The notes below the pieces were generated by a model. That model was not told the origin of the DNA, made no database searches, and was given only the letters and a program-made list of their open reading frames with translations. Below, one piece after another: positions 18,233-28,755 of a stretch of 64,000 bases of DNA. The DNA lies in NCBI GenBank assembly GCA_963674945.2, contig CAXXWQ010000003.1, positions 256,001 through 320,000 on the forward strand. The letters run 5' to 3'. Source of the DNA: an uncultured Desulfosarcina sp. GTDB taxonomy: Bacteria > Desulfobacterota > Desulfobacteria > Desulfobacterales > Desulfosarcinaceae. The translations under genes and the position numbers were made by a program. How positions within the stretch are numbered: the stretch's first letter is position 1; each line of letters begins with the position of its first letter.

Positions 18233-19102
18233 TTACTTTTGCTCAGCCATCTTGTGTAGCCTCTGATAAGCGATTTGTCCACCGTCAATGGTTACATCGA
18301 TTCCTGATAAAAAGGAAGCTTTATCGCTCAGCAAAAATTCAATAACATTAGCCATTTCCATGGGAGTCCCCATCCTTTTGAGAGGCGTATATGTATTCAC
18401 CATATCATCCATTCTTCCTCCGGTTTTGATAGACCTCTCCAATTCGGCACGGCTGCCTTCTGTGTCAGCGATTCCAGGCGATATGCAGTTCACTCTGATC
18501 TTATTTTCTTCCCCGAATTGTACTGCATACTTCCGAGTCATCAGGTGGATACCTCTTTTGGATATCGGGTATGCCAAGTTGCAAGCCATTTCCTCACCCA
18601 TTGACAAGATGATGGGCTTGAGTTTTTCTACAACATCAGGGTCGGTATCTGTTGCGTATAATATATCATCGATTTTCTCGAGCATCTCCCTTTTTATCAT
18701 GTATGGTGAGGAAGATCCGAAGAGCACCATGGATGAACCTGCTTCCATGACCGTAGCAAATGCTTGCACGAGGCTGTTCACGCCTACCAGACTGACGTCC
18801 ATAATCAACTTCCAGCGCCCGCAGGCCGGTGTCATGCCGGTTACCGCAACAAGCCCGGTAATTGTGCCGGCAGCAACAGCTGTCTTCACCAGATTGTGGA
18901 TGTCTTCTTTCCGCAAGACGTCACAAACCTGAGCAATAACATCAATGTTCTTTTCATTCATATAAGCGATGCCGTCATCGACCTCTTTTTGGTTTGCTCC
19001 GGTCATAACTACTTTGTAACGCTGTGACAACAGTTCTGAAACTGCAATTCCGATTCCACCGACTTTGGCACCGCCGGCGATAACAACCACATTATTATCC
19101 AT
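18233..19102 (-). CDS. SDR oxidoreductase (3alpha-HSD/carbonyl reductase-like)
   Basis: GGAKVGGIG, YPISK, RVNCISPG, SFLSGIDVTIDGG; long insertion between catalytic Ser and YxxxK. Confidence 0.85.
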   Translation of the reverse strand: MDNNVVVIAGGAKVGGIGIAVSELLSQRYKVVMTGANQKEVDDGIAYMNEKNIDVIAQVCDVLRKEDIHNLVKTAVAAGTITGLVAVTGMTPACGRWKLIMDVSLVGVNSLVQAFATVMEAGSSMVLFGSSSPYMIKREMLEKIDDILYATDTDPDVVEKLKPIILSMGEEMACNLAYPISKRGIHLMTRKYAVQFGEENKIRVNCISPGIADTEGSRAELERSIKTGGRMDDMVNTYTPLKRMGTPMEMANVIEFLLSDKASFLSGIDVTIDGGQIAYQRLHKMAEQK

Positions 19103-19143
19103 GTTTTACCTCATTCAATCGTTTTACGCCGTATTACCGGTCC

Positions 19144-19950
19144 TTACAGTAGAGTGCGGCCACCATCAACCGGGAAAAACGTGCCGGTCATGTAATCGGA
19201 AGCCCTGCTGACCAAAAAGAGCACTACCGTTGCGATTTCGTCCGGCTCGGCAAAGCGGAACCAGGGTACCTCCAGGGTCCAGCAATTCATGACCGGGTAC
19301 TCAAACTCCTTGTAGACATTCTGCATTTCTTCGATCCCCGCCATTACTCCCGGGGTGATGGAAGCCCCTGCGGCGATGGCGTTGACCTGTATATTGTAAG
19401 GTGCCAGTTCAAGCGCAAGGGCTTGCGTGAGTGCAGCGATCCCCCCTTTGGAGGCATCATAGTGAGCACAGAATCCATGTGGCCGCATGCCACCAACCGA
19501 TGATATGTTGACGATCTTACCGCCATTTCCTCCTTTTTTCATAACCTCGCAGGCAGCTTGTGAAAAGAAAAACATCGATTTGAGGTTGGTATCGATGATC
19601 TTGTCCCACTGATCTTCGGTGATTTTCGACATTTGGTTGTAAAGGCGAATACCTGCAACGTTGACCAGTATTTCGATGCTGCCAAAAGCCTCCATTGTGG
19701 CTGCGGCTACTTTTTCTGCGTTGGCTGTTGTTGCTACATCCGCCTGAATGGCTTGCGCTTTTCCTCCGGCAGCCTTGATTTCATTCACAACCTGTTCTGC
19801 TGATCCCAAACTTCTATTGGCGATCATAACGCCAGCACCGGCTTCCCCCAGTCTCAATGCGATGGCCTTTCCATAACCCGATCCTCCCCCTGTCACGATG
19901 GCGCCTTTTCCGGTGAGGTCAAATAATTCTTGAATCGATTTCATACTCAA
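19144..19950 (-). CDS. SDR oxidoreductase
   Basis: TGGGSGYG, NVAG, NISS, YDASK, VDGG. Confidence 0.92.
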   Translation of the reverse strand: MSMKSIQELFDLTGKGAIVTGGGSGYGKAIALRLGEAGAGVMIANRSLGSAEQVVNEIKAAGGKAQAIQADVATTANAEKVAAATMEAFGSIEILVNVAGIRLYNQMSKITEDQWDKIIDTNLKSMFFFSQAACEVMKKGGNGGKIVNISSVGGMRPHGFCAHYDASKGGIAALTQALALELAPYNIQVNAIAAGASITPGVMAGIEEMQNVYKEFEYPVMNCWTLEVPWFRFAEPDEIATVVLFLVSRASDYMTGTFFPVDGGRTLL

Positions 19951-20265
19951 GTGCTACCTCGTTTATGATTTGCTTTGCACTACGATTATTTGGATGCGAG
20001 TTCCTGGATTGCGCGCGTTTTGCATTTGCCATGAATCGGCTTCTGTCAAAGGTTGATATGCCGTCGACGGAAAAAGGGCAACCTGATTATGAAGTTGGCG
20101 CCCTTTTTTGCTAATGCGTCAATGTCTATTGAAGATATACGAATTTCAATTTATTTTGGACAGCAGCGATTGTATATACCATTGTCAGGCCCTCGGGCGT
20201 ATCAACCAAGTTACGAACGCTTTGCGCCTGATTCGTTTTCCGAGCCTCGCTTCCAGAGCATGGTG

Positions 20266-21285
20266 CTACTCCATGTGCACCAGCACCTTAATTCCCTCAT
20301 CCGGGGTTGTGGCGGCTTCAAATGCAGCGGTGATTTCAGATAACGGAAAATGATGCGTCACCATCTGCCTTGGATCCGCCTTACCTTCTCGCATAAATCC
20401 CATCACCTGCTCGTATTCAATATCATAGCCGCTGGAACCCTGAATGGTTAATTGTTTTGACATCACAACAATCGGATTAAACGAAATCTCTTTTTTATGA
20501 ACGCCAACGACGACAATCCTTGCCAGGTGTTTTGTGTATATCATCATCGTATCCAAAAGGATTTGCCCCACACCGGCAGCATCGATATACAGGTCCGTAT
20601 TGGAAAATGTCTCTCTGCGTGTGGCCACTTCACCGTGACACGCCTTCAAAAATTCCAGCAGATCTCCGTCTTTCTGAGGATTAAAGGTATGGGAAGCCCC
20701 CATTTCCATGGCCTTGGCCAATCGAAACGCCGAGATGTCGGAAACAGCAACATCTTTACATCCTAAGGCAATCAGACCGGCAAGAGCAGAGAGACCAATG
20801 GGGCCTGCCCCATAGATGAGCGCTTTGTCACTTGGTTTTGCCCGACCCGAATTAACACCGTGCATCCCCACGGAGAATGGTTCGACAAGGGCACCTTGGT
20901 CAAAACTCAGATCATCCGGCAAAAGATAGAGATTGTGCCCAAGCTTTGCGTCGTGAATCTTTGCATATTCAGAAAACCCGCAAGCCATGCAGGCAAAATC
21001 GCGCCCATAGGGATGGATAAACATCGGCTGCACAACGACTCTCATTCCCTCGGCAATACCCTCGACTTCGCTGCCAACCTGATGAACGATTCCTGAATAT
21101 TCATGACCAAATTCAAATCCAGGTGCAATCCCGGTCTTCATCCCGTCTACCAGATAGGCGAAGGTATCTGAACCGCATATGCCACCGGTAATAACTTTAA
21201 CCAATGCGTCTTTGGGGCCGATCTCCGGCATCGGTTTCTCTTCGATTCGGATATCCTTTGGGCCATGATAGACTGCTGCTTTCAT
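20266..21285 (-). CDS. Zn-dependent MDR dehydrogenase
   Basis: GICGSD, GHEYSG, EPFSVG, GAGPIG; structural-Zn Cys lobe absent. Confidence 0.92.
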   Translation of the reverse strand: MKAAVYHGPKDIRIEEKPMPEIGPKDALVKVITGGICGSDTFAYLVDGMKTGIAPGFEFGHEYSGIVHQVGSEVEGIAEGMRVVVQPMFIHPYGRDFACMACGFSEYAKIHDAKLGHNLYLLPDDLSFDQGALVEPFSVGMHGVNSGRAKPSDKALIYGAGPIGLSALAGLIALGCKDVAVSDISAFRLAKAMEMGASHTFNPQKDGDLLEFLKACHGEVATRRETFSNTDLYIDAAGVGQILLDTMMIYTKHLARIVVVGVHKKEISFNPIVVMSKQLTIQGSSGYDIEYEQVMGFMREGKADPRQMVTHHFPLSEITAAFEAATTPDEGIKVLVHME

Positions 21286-21358
21286 ACAAAATCCTCCTTG
21301 AAATGATCAACAGCCGGGCATTTGCCATTTTTTTCGCAAATACCCGGCTACGATCCGT

Positions 21359-21880
21359 TTAGAGATCTTCTTCGGCGATGATTTCGACCACCTTCTCCGC
21401 CGTCTTGCCCGTAACAACTTTGCATTTGTCATGAAGACCCGCCGCCGCCTTCCGCAACCCATCTATGTCGGACATCAACTGAGTAAAAAATTCTTCAGGA
21501 ATCGTATCAGCAGGGGCGTCCATCCCCATCTGGATTTTTCGGCAGACAGTGGTGCCGAATTCCTTCTCGAACCATGTCAATAGCTTGTAGGCCGGCATAA
21601 TGCCCTTAACGATACCGGGTATTTCCTCTTTTATATCCTCACGGCCACGACGAAGTCCCAGTATCATAAGTCCCGCTGCGAGCGCGCCACAGAACTTGCC
21701 GTTAAATGCCATCCCGCCACAAAGGTTGCTCGCCGACAGAAACACCTTTTCGTCCTCCATCCCCAGCGTTTCCTGCAGGGCGAGAAGGGTCGCCTGCGCA
21801 CAACCGCCATACTCAAATTCGTATCGCGCCGCCTTTTCCCGCGCCTCTTCTTTGAGCTTATCAACATCCATCTTCGCCAT
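21359..21880 (-). CDS. C-GCAxxG-C-C family redox protein
   Basis: GCAQ...GGMAFNGKFCGALAAG...GTTVC...KC; GGAGG before ATG 21880. Confidence 0.88.
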   Translation of the reverse strand: MAKMDVDKLKEEAREKAARYEFEYGGCAQATLLALQETLGMEDEKVFLSASNLCGGMAFNGKFCGALAAGLMILGLRRGREDIKEEIPGIVKGIMPAYKLLTWFEKEFGTTVCRKIQMGMDAPADTIPEEFFTQLMSDIDGLRKAAAGLHDKCKVVTGKTAEKVVEIIAEEDL

Positions 21881-21916
21881 TTCTTTGTCCTCCATTTCTC
21901 TTTGTCATCGATATCA

Positions 21917-22984
21917 CTATTCTCCAGGCAGCTTTTTCCCGTCGGTTTCAACCAACTCCCAGTGGTATCCGAAGAGTTCTTCACTATCGAGATAGGCAAT
22001 GCCGAATGGATACTCAAATCCGGCGATGCTGGCTTCAAGGTTGTTTCCTCTCGCCTTCAATCGGGTAAGCTCGGCATCTACATTTGCCACACGGCATCCG
22101 ATGTGTTGTATCCGCATAACGTTACGCTTTTTCACAAATTCGCCGTAGACACTCTCACCTTTTGTCGGCTCCATAAATTCAAAGCGGATCGGACCGGCTT
22201 TATAGTATGCCAATGCCTGCGTGCCGTCCACTTGTCTGCCGCGGATGTAGTGGTACGGCAGGGGATAGTCCCTTGTCGTGGAATAGTCTTCCGCAGGGGG
22301 CAATGTCATGTACGGCTTCCATCCGAAAACCTTATCGACCGTCTCCATGGCCTTGATTATGTCGGGTACGGCCACGGTGATCTCGAATACATGAGGACCA
22401 CTGTTCACAAACTGGTAGTCCCGGCTGGTTTCCGGAACGGGATCATTCGGGGTCGTTCCCGGCATGGGGCCGTTGGCTTCAACCAGTTCAAAGTGGAAGC
22501 CGAACAGCTCCTCCGTATCCAGATAGGCAATACTGAAAGGATATTCATGTCCGCAAAGGGTCGCCTGCACGTTGATGCCCCTTTCTTTCAGCGCGGCAAG
22601 TTCGGCCTCCAGATTTGACACGCGACATCCCACGTGTTGGATGCGCATCGCGTTATGCCTTTTGGCAAATTCGCCGTAGATGCTCTCTCCGTCTGTCCCC
22701 TCCGTGAATTCAAACCGGATCGGACCGGCTTTGTAGTAAGCAAGCGCATTGGTGCCTTTCACTTCCTTTCCTTTAAATACATGATGCGGAAGAGGATAGC
22801 TTCGGGTCGTTTCATAATCTTCCACCGGTGGCATCGTACTGTACGGGACCCACCCATACTGCTTCTCCACCGTCTCCATGGCCTTTGGAAGATCGGGGAC
22901 GGCCACGGTGATCTCAAATACGTGGGGTCCGGATCCTACAAATTTGTATTCCTGTTCTCCATAATGCTTCGTAAAATCAACCAT
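21917..22984 (-). CDS. Internally duplicated VOC (methylmalonyl-CoA epimerase-like) protein
   Basis: Two very similar repeats SGPHVFEITVAVPD...GPIRFEF...RIQH(V/I)GCRV...ELVE; GGGGAGG before ATG 22984. Confidence 0.88.
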   Translation of the reverse strand: MVDFTKHYGEQEYKFVGSGPHVFEITVAVPDLPKAMETVEKQYGWVPYSTMPPVEDYETTRSYPLPHHVFKGKEVKGTNALAYYKAGPIRFEFTEGTDGESIYGEFAKRHNAMRIQHVGCRVSNLEAELAALKERGINVQATLCGHEYPFSIAYLDTEELFGFHFELVEANGPMPGTTPNDPVPETSRDYQFVNSGPHVFEITVAVPDIIKAMETVDKVFGWKPYMTLPPAEDYSTTRDYPLPYHYIRGRQVDGTQALAYYKAGPIRFEFMEPTKGESVYGEFVKKRNVMRIQHIGCRVANVDAELTRLKARGNNLEASIAGFEYPFGIAYLDSEELFGYHWELVETDGKKLPGE

Positions 22985-23192
22985 TTTTACAGCCTCCCCA
23001 GCCTTTTCACATTGAAATATGATTTGACCCAAGGCAAGCATTCGGCCTTCAACGATTATCCGAAAACTTTTTTCCGTTGGGCATCTGTCCGTGATTCAAT
23101 GTTCACCTATTGGTTTCAACGAGAAACTTCAGCAACTCTTTACATGATGCGGCCAATCGTTCAATTTGGGTTGGATTTCAAAGATCCGTCCA

Positions 23193-23669
23193 CTAGGCGC
23201 CCATCACCGCTTTCATTTGGCTGTTAAGCAACTCCAGCATAACGCCGCCAACCTGATCGGTGTTCAGATAGGCAAATATCGTCCCCATGCCTTCTACTTT
23301 CTTTGAGAAAACCGGTTCAATGCCATCCTTGGCCAGCTCGGCGATCGTGCCGTCGACATCGTCAACGGTACACCGCAAATGCTGCAGACCTTCGCCTTTC
23401 TCCCGAAGAAATTCGGAATGGGGGGTTTCTCCTTCCAGAACCTGAATCAGTTCGAGTTCCAGTTCACCAATTTTGGCAAAAGCCAGCTTCAGACGACAGT
23501 CTTGCGTTTTTCCTTTGAAGGTATATCCCTCCATGGGAACATCCTCCATGACCTTAAAAGGTCCCCAGCCCAGGCGCTGGTAAAACGCTATGGCTTTGTC
23601 CACGTCTTTTACGACTACCCCAACATGATCCACCGGTGGTAATTTCACCCCTGATTCCTGATCCGCCAT
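23193..23669 (-). CDS. VOC family protein (methylmalonyl-CoA epimerase-like)
   Basis: DHVGVVVKD, ELELIQ, GEGLQHL, MLELL. Confidence 0.9.
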   Translation of the reverse strand: MADQESGVKLPPVDHVGVVVKDVDKAIAFYQRLGWGPFKVMEDVPMEGYTFKGKTQDCRLKLAFAKIGELELELIQVLEGETPHSEFLREKGEGLQHLRCTVDDVDGTIAELAKDGIEPVFSKKVEGMGTIFAYLNTDQVGGVMLELLNSQMKAVMGA

Positions 23670-23850
23670 CTCTTCCTCCTTTTCTGTTTGCTTTTTCACA
23701 ACTCCAGATTTACCATCTTACGGTTAATGTGCGAATTTAACTGTTAAATGAAATTACTGTGTAAGTAATCTTCTTCACACCCATTTTATTTTCGCGCTGG
23801 AAGAACGGTGGGCCTGTTCCTATCCCCTGGCAGTTACGATCCTTCTCCTT

Positions 23851-24366
23851 TTAGACACCAAAGTCGTTTTCAATACCCAACGCAAGCTTATCTAACAGCA
23901 AATTGAAAATGATGGTTTCTTCCATAGTCAATTTACTGAAACAAGGTTTCAATCTGGCGGCAATGATCTCCTTTGATATTTCTTGAAATTTTTTGCCGGC
24001 ATCCGTAATCCTGATTTTAATAACACGCTTATCATTGGGATCTCGCAATCGCTCTGCCAAACCATTCTCGACCCACCAACTGACCAGGCGATTTGTTGTT
24101 GCCGGGGGTAAACGAAGCTCTTTTGTCAACCGTCCCATGGCAACGGCGTCTCCCCTGTCAAGAATATCGCTCATAGCAGAAAAAGCGATTGGCCCGGCGA
24201 TCCTTCCAGCACCTAGTGTGATTTCCCCCAGCTTTTTCTCTGCTTCGGCACTGCTACTGTGCATTTCAGCGGCAACCTGATAAAGCAGCTTTTTAAAATT
24301 TCCAACGAAATGCCGGATCTCTCCTGTCAGCCTACCCCCCTGTTTTTCTTCGCTTTCCATGCCCAT
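23851..24366 (-). CDS. MarR family regulator
   Basis: ATTNRLV...GLAERLRDPNDKRVIKIRITDAG. Confidence 0.88.
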   Translation of the reverse strand: MGMESEEKQGGRLTGEIRHFVGNFKKLLYQVAAEMHSSSAEAEKKLGEITLGAGRIAGPIAFSAMSDILDRGDAVAMGRLTKELRLPPATTNRLVSWWVENGLAERLRDPNDKRVIKIRITDAGKKFQEISKEIIAARLKPCFSKLTMEETIIFNLLLDKLALGIENDFGV

Positions 24367-24819
24367 ATTTGTTTCCGTTATGGAATTACTTTTTCACGCG
24401 AATGCGCATTTATTCGATAAATAAGCGACTATTCTGGGGTTTTTGGTGTTTTAATCGCTCTTTTTGTTTCCGTTTTGAAATTTATTTTCACACTTATTGG
24501 CATTTGTCAATAAAAAGATCTTTAGCGATTCAAGTGGCTGCAAAAAACAGGATACACCTTCAGGAAACGAATCCCAAAAAATAGAATTTCATGGGAAAGC
24601 TGCTGGAATTATTTAAAAAGTCAAATTCGATGGCTGGATAAAGAGAACAAGAAGCGTTTTTTATCATGAATTGGTGTTGCCGAGGATACCACCCTCTCAT
24701 ACAAGTCAATGGTGATTTCCAAAAACAGGTCGAGATCAATATCGTATTTACAATTTGTACACCGCCACACCATTGGAAACAGTACTGCAGACGGGTGGAT
24801 TATCAGGGAGTGGCGGATA

Positions 24820-25659
24820 CTACCGTGCATACCTGTTTGAATAGTCAGGAATCGTTCCCGGCCGTGCCTCTTCAATGACCGTTGCCGTCCCTTTCGCACT
24901 GGCTTCGATAGCCTTGTCCAATGGCATGCTCTTCAGGGCATCGATAATAACGTTGTTCATTTCTCCAGGGACAAGCAAAGGTTGCTTGCCAAGTGCTTCC
25001 AATGCCTGACGTGTCACCTCTTCCGGGCTCATCAGATTGTCCTGAAATTGCTCGCGTTTCAGCCCGGCGGTGGTGATGGCGTCTGTATCTGTTGCACCTG
25101 GCGCCAAAACCAGAAGGTCGACACCGGTGCCCTTCAATTCACCGAAAAGAGCAAATCCGAGACGGTGAACAAAGGCTTTGCTGGCAGCGTAGACAGCCGA
25201 CCATGGACCGGGAATCTCACCCTCCATGGAGCCTGTCAGAATAATACCGCCACGGCCACGGGCCTTGAGCCGTGGCAATAGCCCATGCATCAGCTGCAGC
25301 GGCACACGCGCAATCACGTTGAAGACTGCCATCACACGATCAAGTGGGAAGGACTCGAATTCGCCCTTGAGCCCCCAGCCGGCGTTGCTGATGACCAGGC
25401 CGAGATCATGACTGCCGATGGCGGCGATGATCTGATCGACCGCATCTTCTTGTGCCAGATCGAGCCGCATGAGAACAATCTCGGTTTTGTGCCGGGCAAG
25501 CAGCTCATCCTTCAGCTTTACCATCGGCGCCAAATTGAGATCCACCAGAATCAAATTGAACCCATCTGCAGACAGATGGCGGGCATAGCATGCCCCCTGC
25601 CCGCCGGCGGCTCCTGTGACCAGCGCCCAAGAGCCGTATTTGTCAATGTCCATTGCCAT
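24820..25659 (-). CDS. SDR oxidoreductase (DltE/17beta-HSD12-like)
   Basis: KYGSWALVTGAAGGQG, SNAG, YAASKAF, PGATDT. Confidence 0.9.
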   Translation of the reverse strand: MAMDIDKYGSWALVTGAAGGQGACYARHLSADGFNLILVDLNLAPMVKLKDELLARHKTEIVLMRLDLAQEDAVDQIIAAIGSHDLGLVISNAGWGLKGEFESFPLDRVMAVFNVIARVPLQLMHGLLPRLKARGRGGIILTGSMEGEIPGPWSAVYAASKAFVHRLGFALFGELKGTGVDLLVLAPGATDTDAITTAGLKREQFQDNLMSPEEVTRQALEALGKQPLLVPGEMNNVIIDALKSMPLDKAIEASAKGTATVIEEARPGTIPDYSNRYAR

Positions 25660-25837
25660 GCATTTTCACCTTTCCAAAAGATAAGAATCCATATTATGAA
25701 TAAAATTGGAAGTGGTATGATGAATGCGGTGGAGGTCGGTACGTGGCGCACTACCGCACAGCTTCCATGGAATGTCTGAAAAGAGACACGGGCCGTGCCT
25801 CTTCAACCAACGTTAATCAGGCAGAATCCGAATTTGA

Positions 25838-26194
25838 TTACTTGAAGTTGACGTGACCGACAAGCTCCTTTTGCTTGATCATTTGGCTGATTTCCCTTTG
25901 TTTGATCTCGTCCTTGATCGGTTTGATGAATGAGATAAAATCGCCTTGCTCGGTCTGTCGAGATTTCCATTGGTCGACATATCCATAAACGGTCGCAAAC
26001 CCACTGGTCGCGGTACCACAACAGGACATATCGGCAACTTCCATCTCTGTAGTATAAAATAGTTTCCTTTCGTCAAAGTCCAGACAAACCTCATCAAATG
26101 ATCTGAATTGCACACCGGGATTTGTTATCATTTCATTGGACTCTTGCTTGGGGTTCTGGTGTATGTATTTGATTATTTCGATTTCGGTTGACAT
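25838..26194 (-). CDS. Hypothetical 118-aa protein with Cys/Ser/Thr/Gly-rich central segment
   Basis: AAGGA RBS; directly downstream of the radical SAM gene; contains SCCGTATSG. Confidence 0.6.
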   Translation of the reverse strand: MSTEIEIIKYIHQNPKQESNEMITNPGVQFRSFDEVCLDFDERKLFYTTEMEVADMSCCGTATSGFATVYGYVDQWKSRQTEQGDFISFIKPIKDEIKQREISQMIKQKELVGHVNFK

Positions 26195-26303
26195 TGGTCA
26201 ATTCCTTCATATTGAGTAAATAGGCGATTCGTTTATCTTTGGGAAATATCGTAAAACAGCAATTCGTTTGTCGAGTTTACCGCTTACTAATATTTTTGAA
26301 ACC

Positions 26304-27377
26304 TCAAAGACTTAAGCAGCAATAGTCGCAGATTCTCAGGTTCATATAGTTTTCTTCGTATAGCTTCCGAAAAAGATGATATCTCTGGCTCTTCCGAATC
26401 TCTTTCAAACTCCTGTTTCTTATATTTCCCATGGGAAATCGCAGGTATTCGCACGGAACGACTTGCCCAAAGGCATCAATTGTACAGCTATAATCAAAAA
26501 CCCTGCACTTCTTTCTCGTCCGCTTGATTCCTTTTGGAACTTCACTTGCAGGAAGAGTAAAAAATCGGGTCATGGCAAGGTGGATACCGAGTTTTTTTGC
26601 CTTTTCCTTCAATCGTTGTCGTTTTTTCTCAATGAGTCTTACATTCTTTGGTAATAAATCGGAAGGGATAATTGATCTTCGAGAGGCAACTTTTTCCTGG
26701 AATATCTCATTTGCCTCTTCTACTATATGTTCATCGATAACGGAATAGAATGCGAATTGTACATCCTGAATGCTAAGAGAATGGGCGATGTCCAGTACTT
26801 CGTCGATTCGATCAAGGTTAACTGACGAAACGTTGGTTCGAATGCTTTTATAAACCCTCTTTTCCTTGTCCTTTTCCTGGACAAACGTAATGGCATTGAT
26901 CTGTTTTTCAAATGCATCCTGTCGACCTCTAAGCCGATTGTGAAGTTCTCTTGGCCCGTCAAGAGAGAATTTAATACTTCCAAGACCTGCCGTCACAAGA
27001 GCGGCGGCCCTGTCCGCTGTCATAGAAAGGCCGTTGGTTGTCGTTCCCGTGAATATGCCAAGGTTGCTGCAATGGGCTACGAGTTCATCCAGATGGCTAT
27101 TGAGGAGTGGTTCTCCACCATGAAGTTGCACGGCACGGCAACCTTGCTCGAATAGCTGATCAAATACATTTATGTGCTCTTTACAAGCAAGCTCGTCAAA
27201 CGATGCAACTTTGTTATTTCTATCTGCACTATCCTGCAGAGGAACGTCCTGCATGCGCCATATATTGCAGCTCACACAGCGAGAATCGCACCGTTGTGTT
27301 ACCTCCACGTTGGCACTACGGAGCAAGGCCGTGGGTCGTGCCGCTGAAAAGGTTTTATCTGTGGTGAATTTGGCCAT
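26304..27377 (-). CDS. Radical SAM protein with SPASM/twitch domain
   Basis: CDSRCVSC, HGGEPLL, TTNG, FSLDG; C-terminal C...IDAFGQVVPC...GNI...CDYC. Confidence 0.92.
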   Translation of the reverse strand: MAKFTTDKTFSAARPTALLRSANVEVTQRCDSRCVSCNIWRMQDVPLQDSADRNNKVASFDELACKEHINVFDQLFEQGCRAVQLHGGEPLLNSHLDELVAHCSNLGIFTGTTTNGLSMTADRAAALVTAGLGSIKFSLDGPRELHNRLRGRQDAFEKQINAITFVQEKDKEKRVYKSIRTNVSSVNLDRIDEVLDIAHSLSIQDVQFAFYSVIDEHIVEEANEIFQEKVASRRSIIPSDLLPKNVRLIEKKRQRLKEKAKKLGIHLAMTRFFTLPASEVPKGIKRTRKKCRVFDYSCTIDAFGQVVPCEYLRFPMGNIRNRSLKEIRKSQRYHLFRKLYEENYMNLRICDYCCLSL

Positions 27378-27666
27378 TCAAAGGAGTCTACTCTCTCACA
27401 GATTCAAAAAGATGATTCGGTTTATATCTTAGTCCAATTGCACTCGAAAAGAGGGACAGTAAATGGCCCTAATGTTTCATGAACAAGATAAAAATTTGAT
27501 TGTACCGTACAAGACATTTTCCATTAATGATAACCATTCATTTTCGAAAATCGTACATATTACAAACAAAAACAGTCTGTCAATCCAAAATGACAGGAAA
27601 ATCGGGCAATATGCTTGACATTGCGCTGCAGATTATCTTTTCTGCCATGATGCATGGCACATTCTT

Positions 27667-28545
27667 TTATTTTCCAATTTCATGGATAATATCTTTTTCC
27701 AGATCTTTGAAACATGCAGGCAATGATTTATGTAGCGGCTTGAGAACGAATGGAAAATGGTAACCATTTTTTGTATCAATGGGACCGACATCAAATTGGG
27801 ATTCTATCCATTCTTCTCGTTTTTCTGAGAATCTCATAAATACATTTTCGTACCATCCTGGTCGGGTGCTCCCGGGGGTTCGCTGTTGATAATATTTCAT
27901 CTTGTTTTTAACGGATTTGGGAAGGACATAAGAAAAATGAAAATTATAAATATCCCTTTGGCATAACAATTCATCAGGAAAAAGTTTTGCACCGATTATC
28001 CTCTTTTCAGATGGATCAAAATAACCCCGAAGTGGCAAATGATTGATATAAAGCCCCTCTTTTCGTCGGTAAATGCGATCGATACCTGGAAATTCAATCA
28101 CAACATGCTCATTCTCAATGTCAACTGCACCAATGATGGTTCCGGTATCTCCCCATAAGACGATCTGACGCGGGGCCATGGCGTCATATTCCGGGTATCT
28201 TTGGAACAATTCCACCATATACGGTACGTGGCGGGGGTCAATAAACTCATCAACATCTACATGCCAGATAATATCTCCAGAGGCTACTCGGCTGTATTCA
28301 TGACACATATCGTTTTTTCTTTTCCAGCGTTTCTGAAGAAAGCAGATCTTATTTTCCGGATCTGGGAAATTTTTGATCGACGCAAGCGTTTTGTCTTTAG
28401 AATGGCGATATCCATGAAGTTGTTCCCAAACATCGTCTCCCCCCTCACATATAATAATCTCATGGGCATAAGGGTAAATCAGCATAAGTTGATGTTTGAT
28501 AAACGGCATTCCGTCAATAACAATAATACCGAAGGATATCTTCAT
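27667..28545 (-). CDS. GT-A fold (GT2-like) glycosyltransferase
   Basis: EIIICEG, SKDKT, IWHVDVDEF (DxD), HFSYV. Confidence 0.8.
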   Translation of the reverse strand: MKISFGIIVIDGMPFIKHQLMLIYPYAHEIIICEGGDDVWEQLHGYRHSKDKTLASIKNFPDPENKICFLQKRWKRKNDMCHEYSRVASGDIIWHVDVDEFIDPRHVPYMVELFQRYPEYDAMAPRQIVLWGDTGTIIGAVDIENEHVVIEFPGIDRIYRRKEGLYINHLPLRGYFDPSEKRIIGAKLFPDELLCQRDIYNFHFSYVLPKSVKNKMKYYQQRTPGSTRPGWYENVFMRFSEKREEWIESQFDVGPIDTKNGYHFPFVLKPLHKSLPACFKDLEKDIIHEIGK

Positions 28546-28755
28546 TTATTTCCCTTTCGACTGGTTCTTTTTTCCTGAAAATAAAATTGCCCCTCGGGTT
28601 GATGGAGGAAGAACTTTCAACCTGAGGGGCAAGCTTGAGTTGTATTTTCTTTGAGAGGAAATACTTTTTATATGTTTTCCTCGGTAGCAATATACAACTT
28701 ATGGATACGTAGTCATAAAAAGACGGCTACGAAAGAATGCAATATGCTATCTTCA

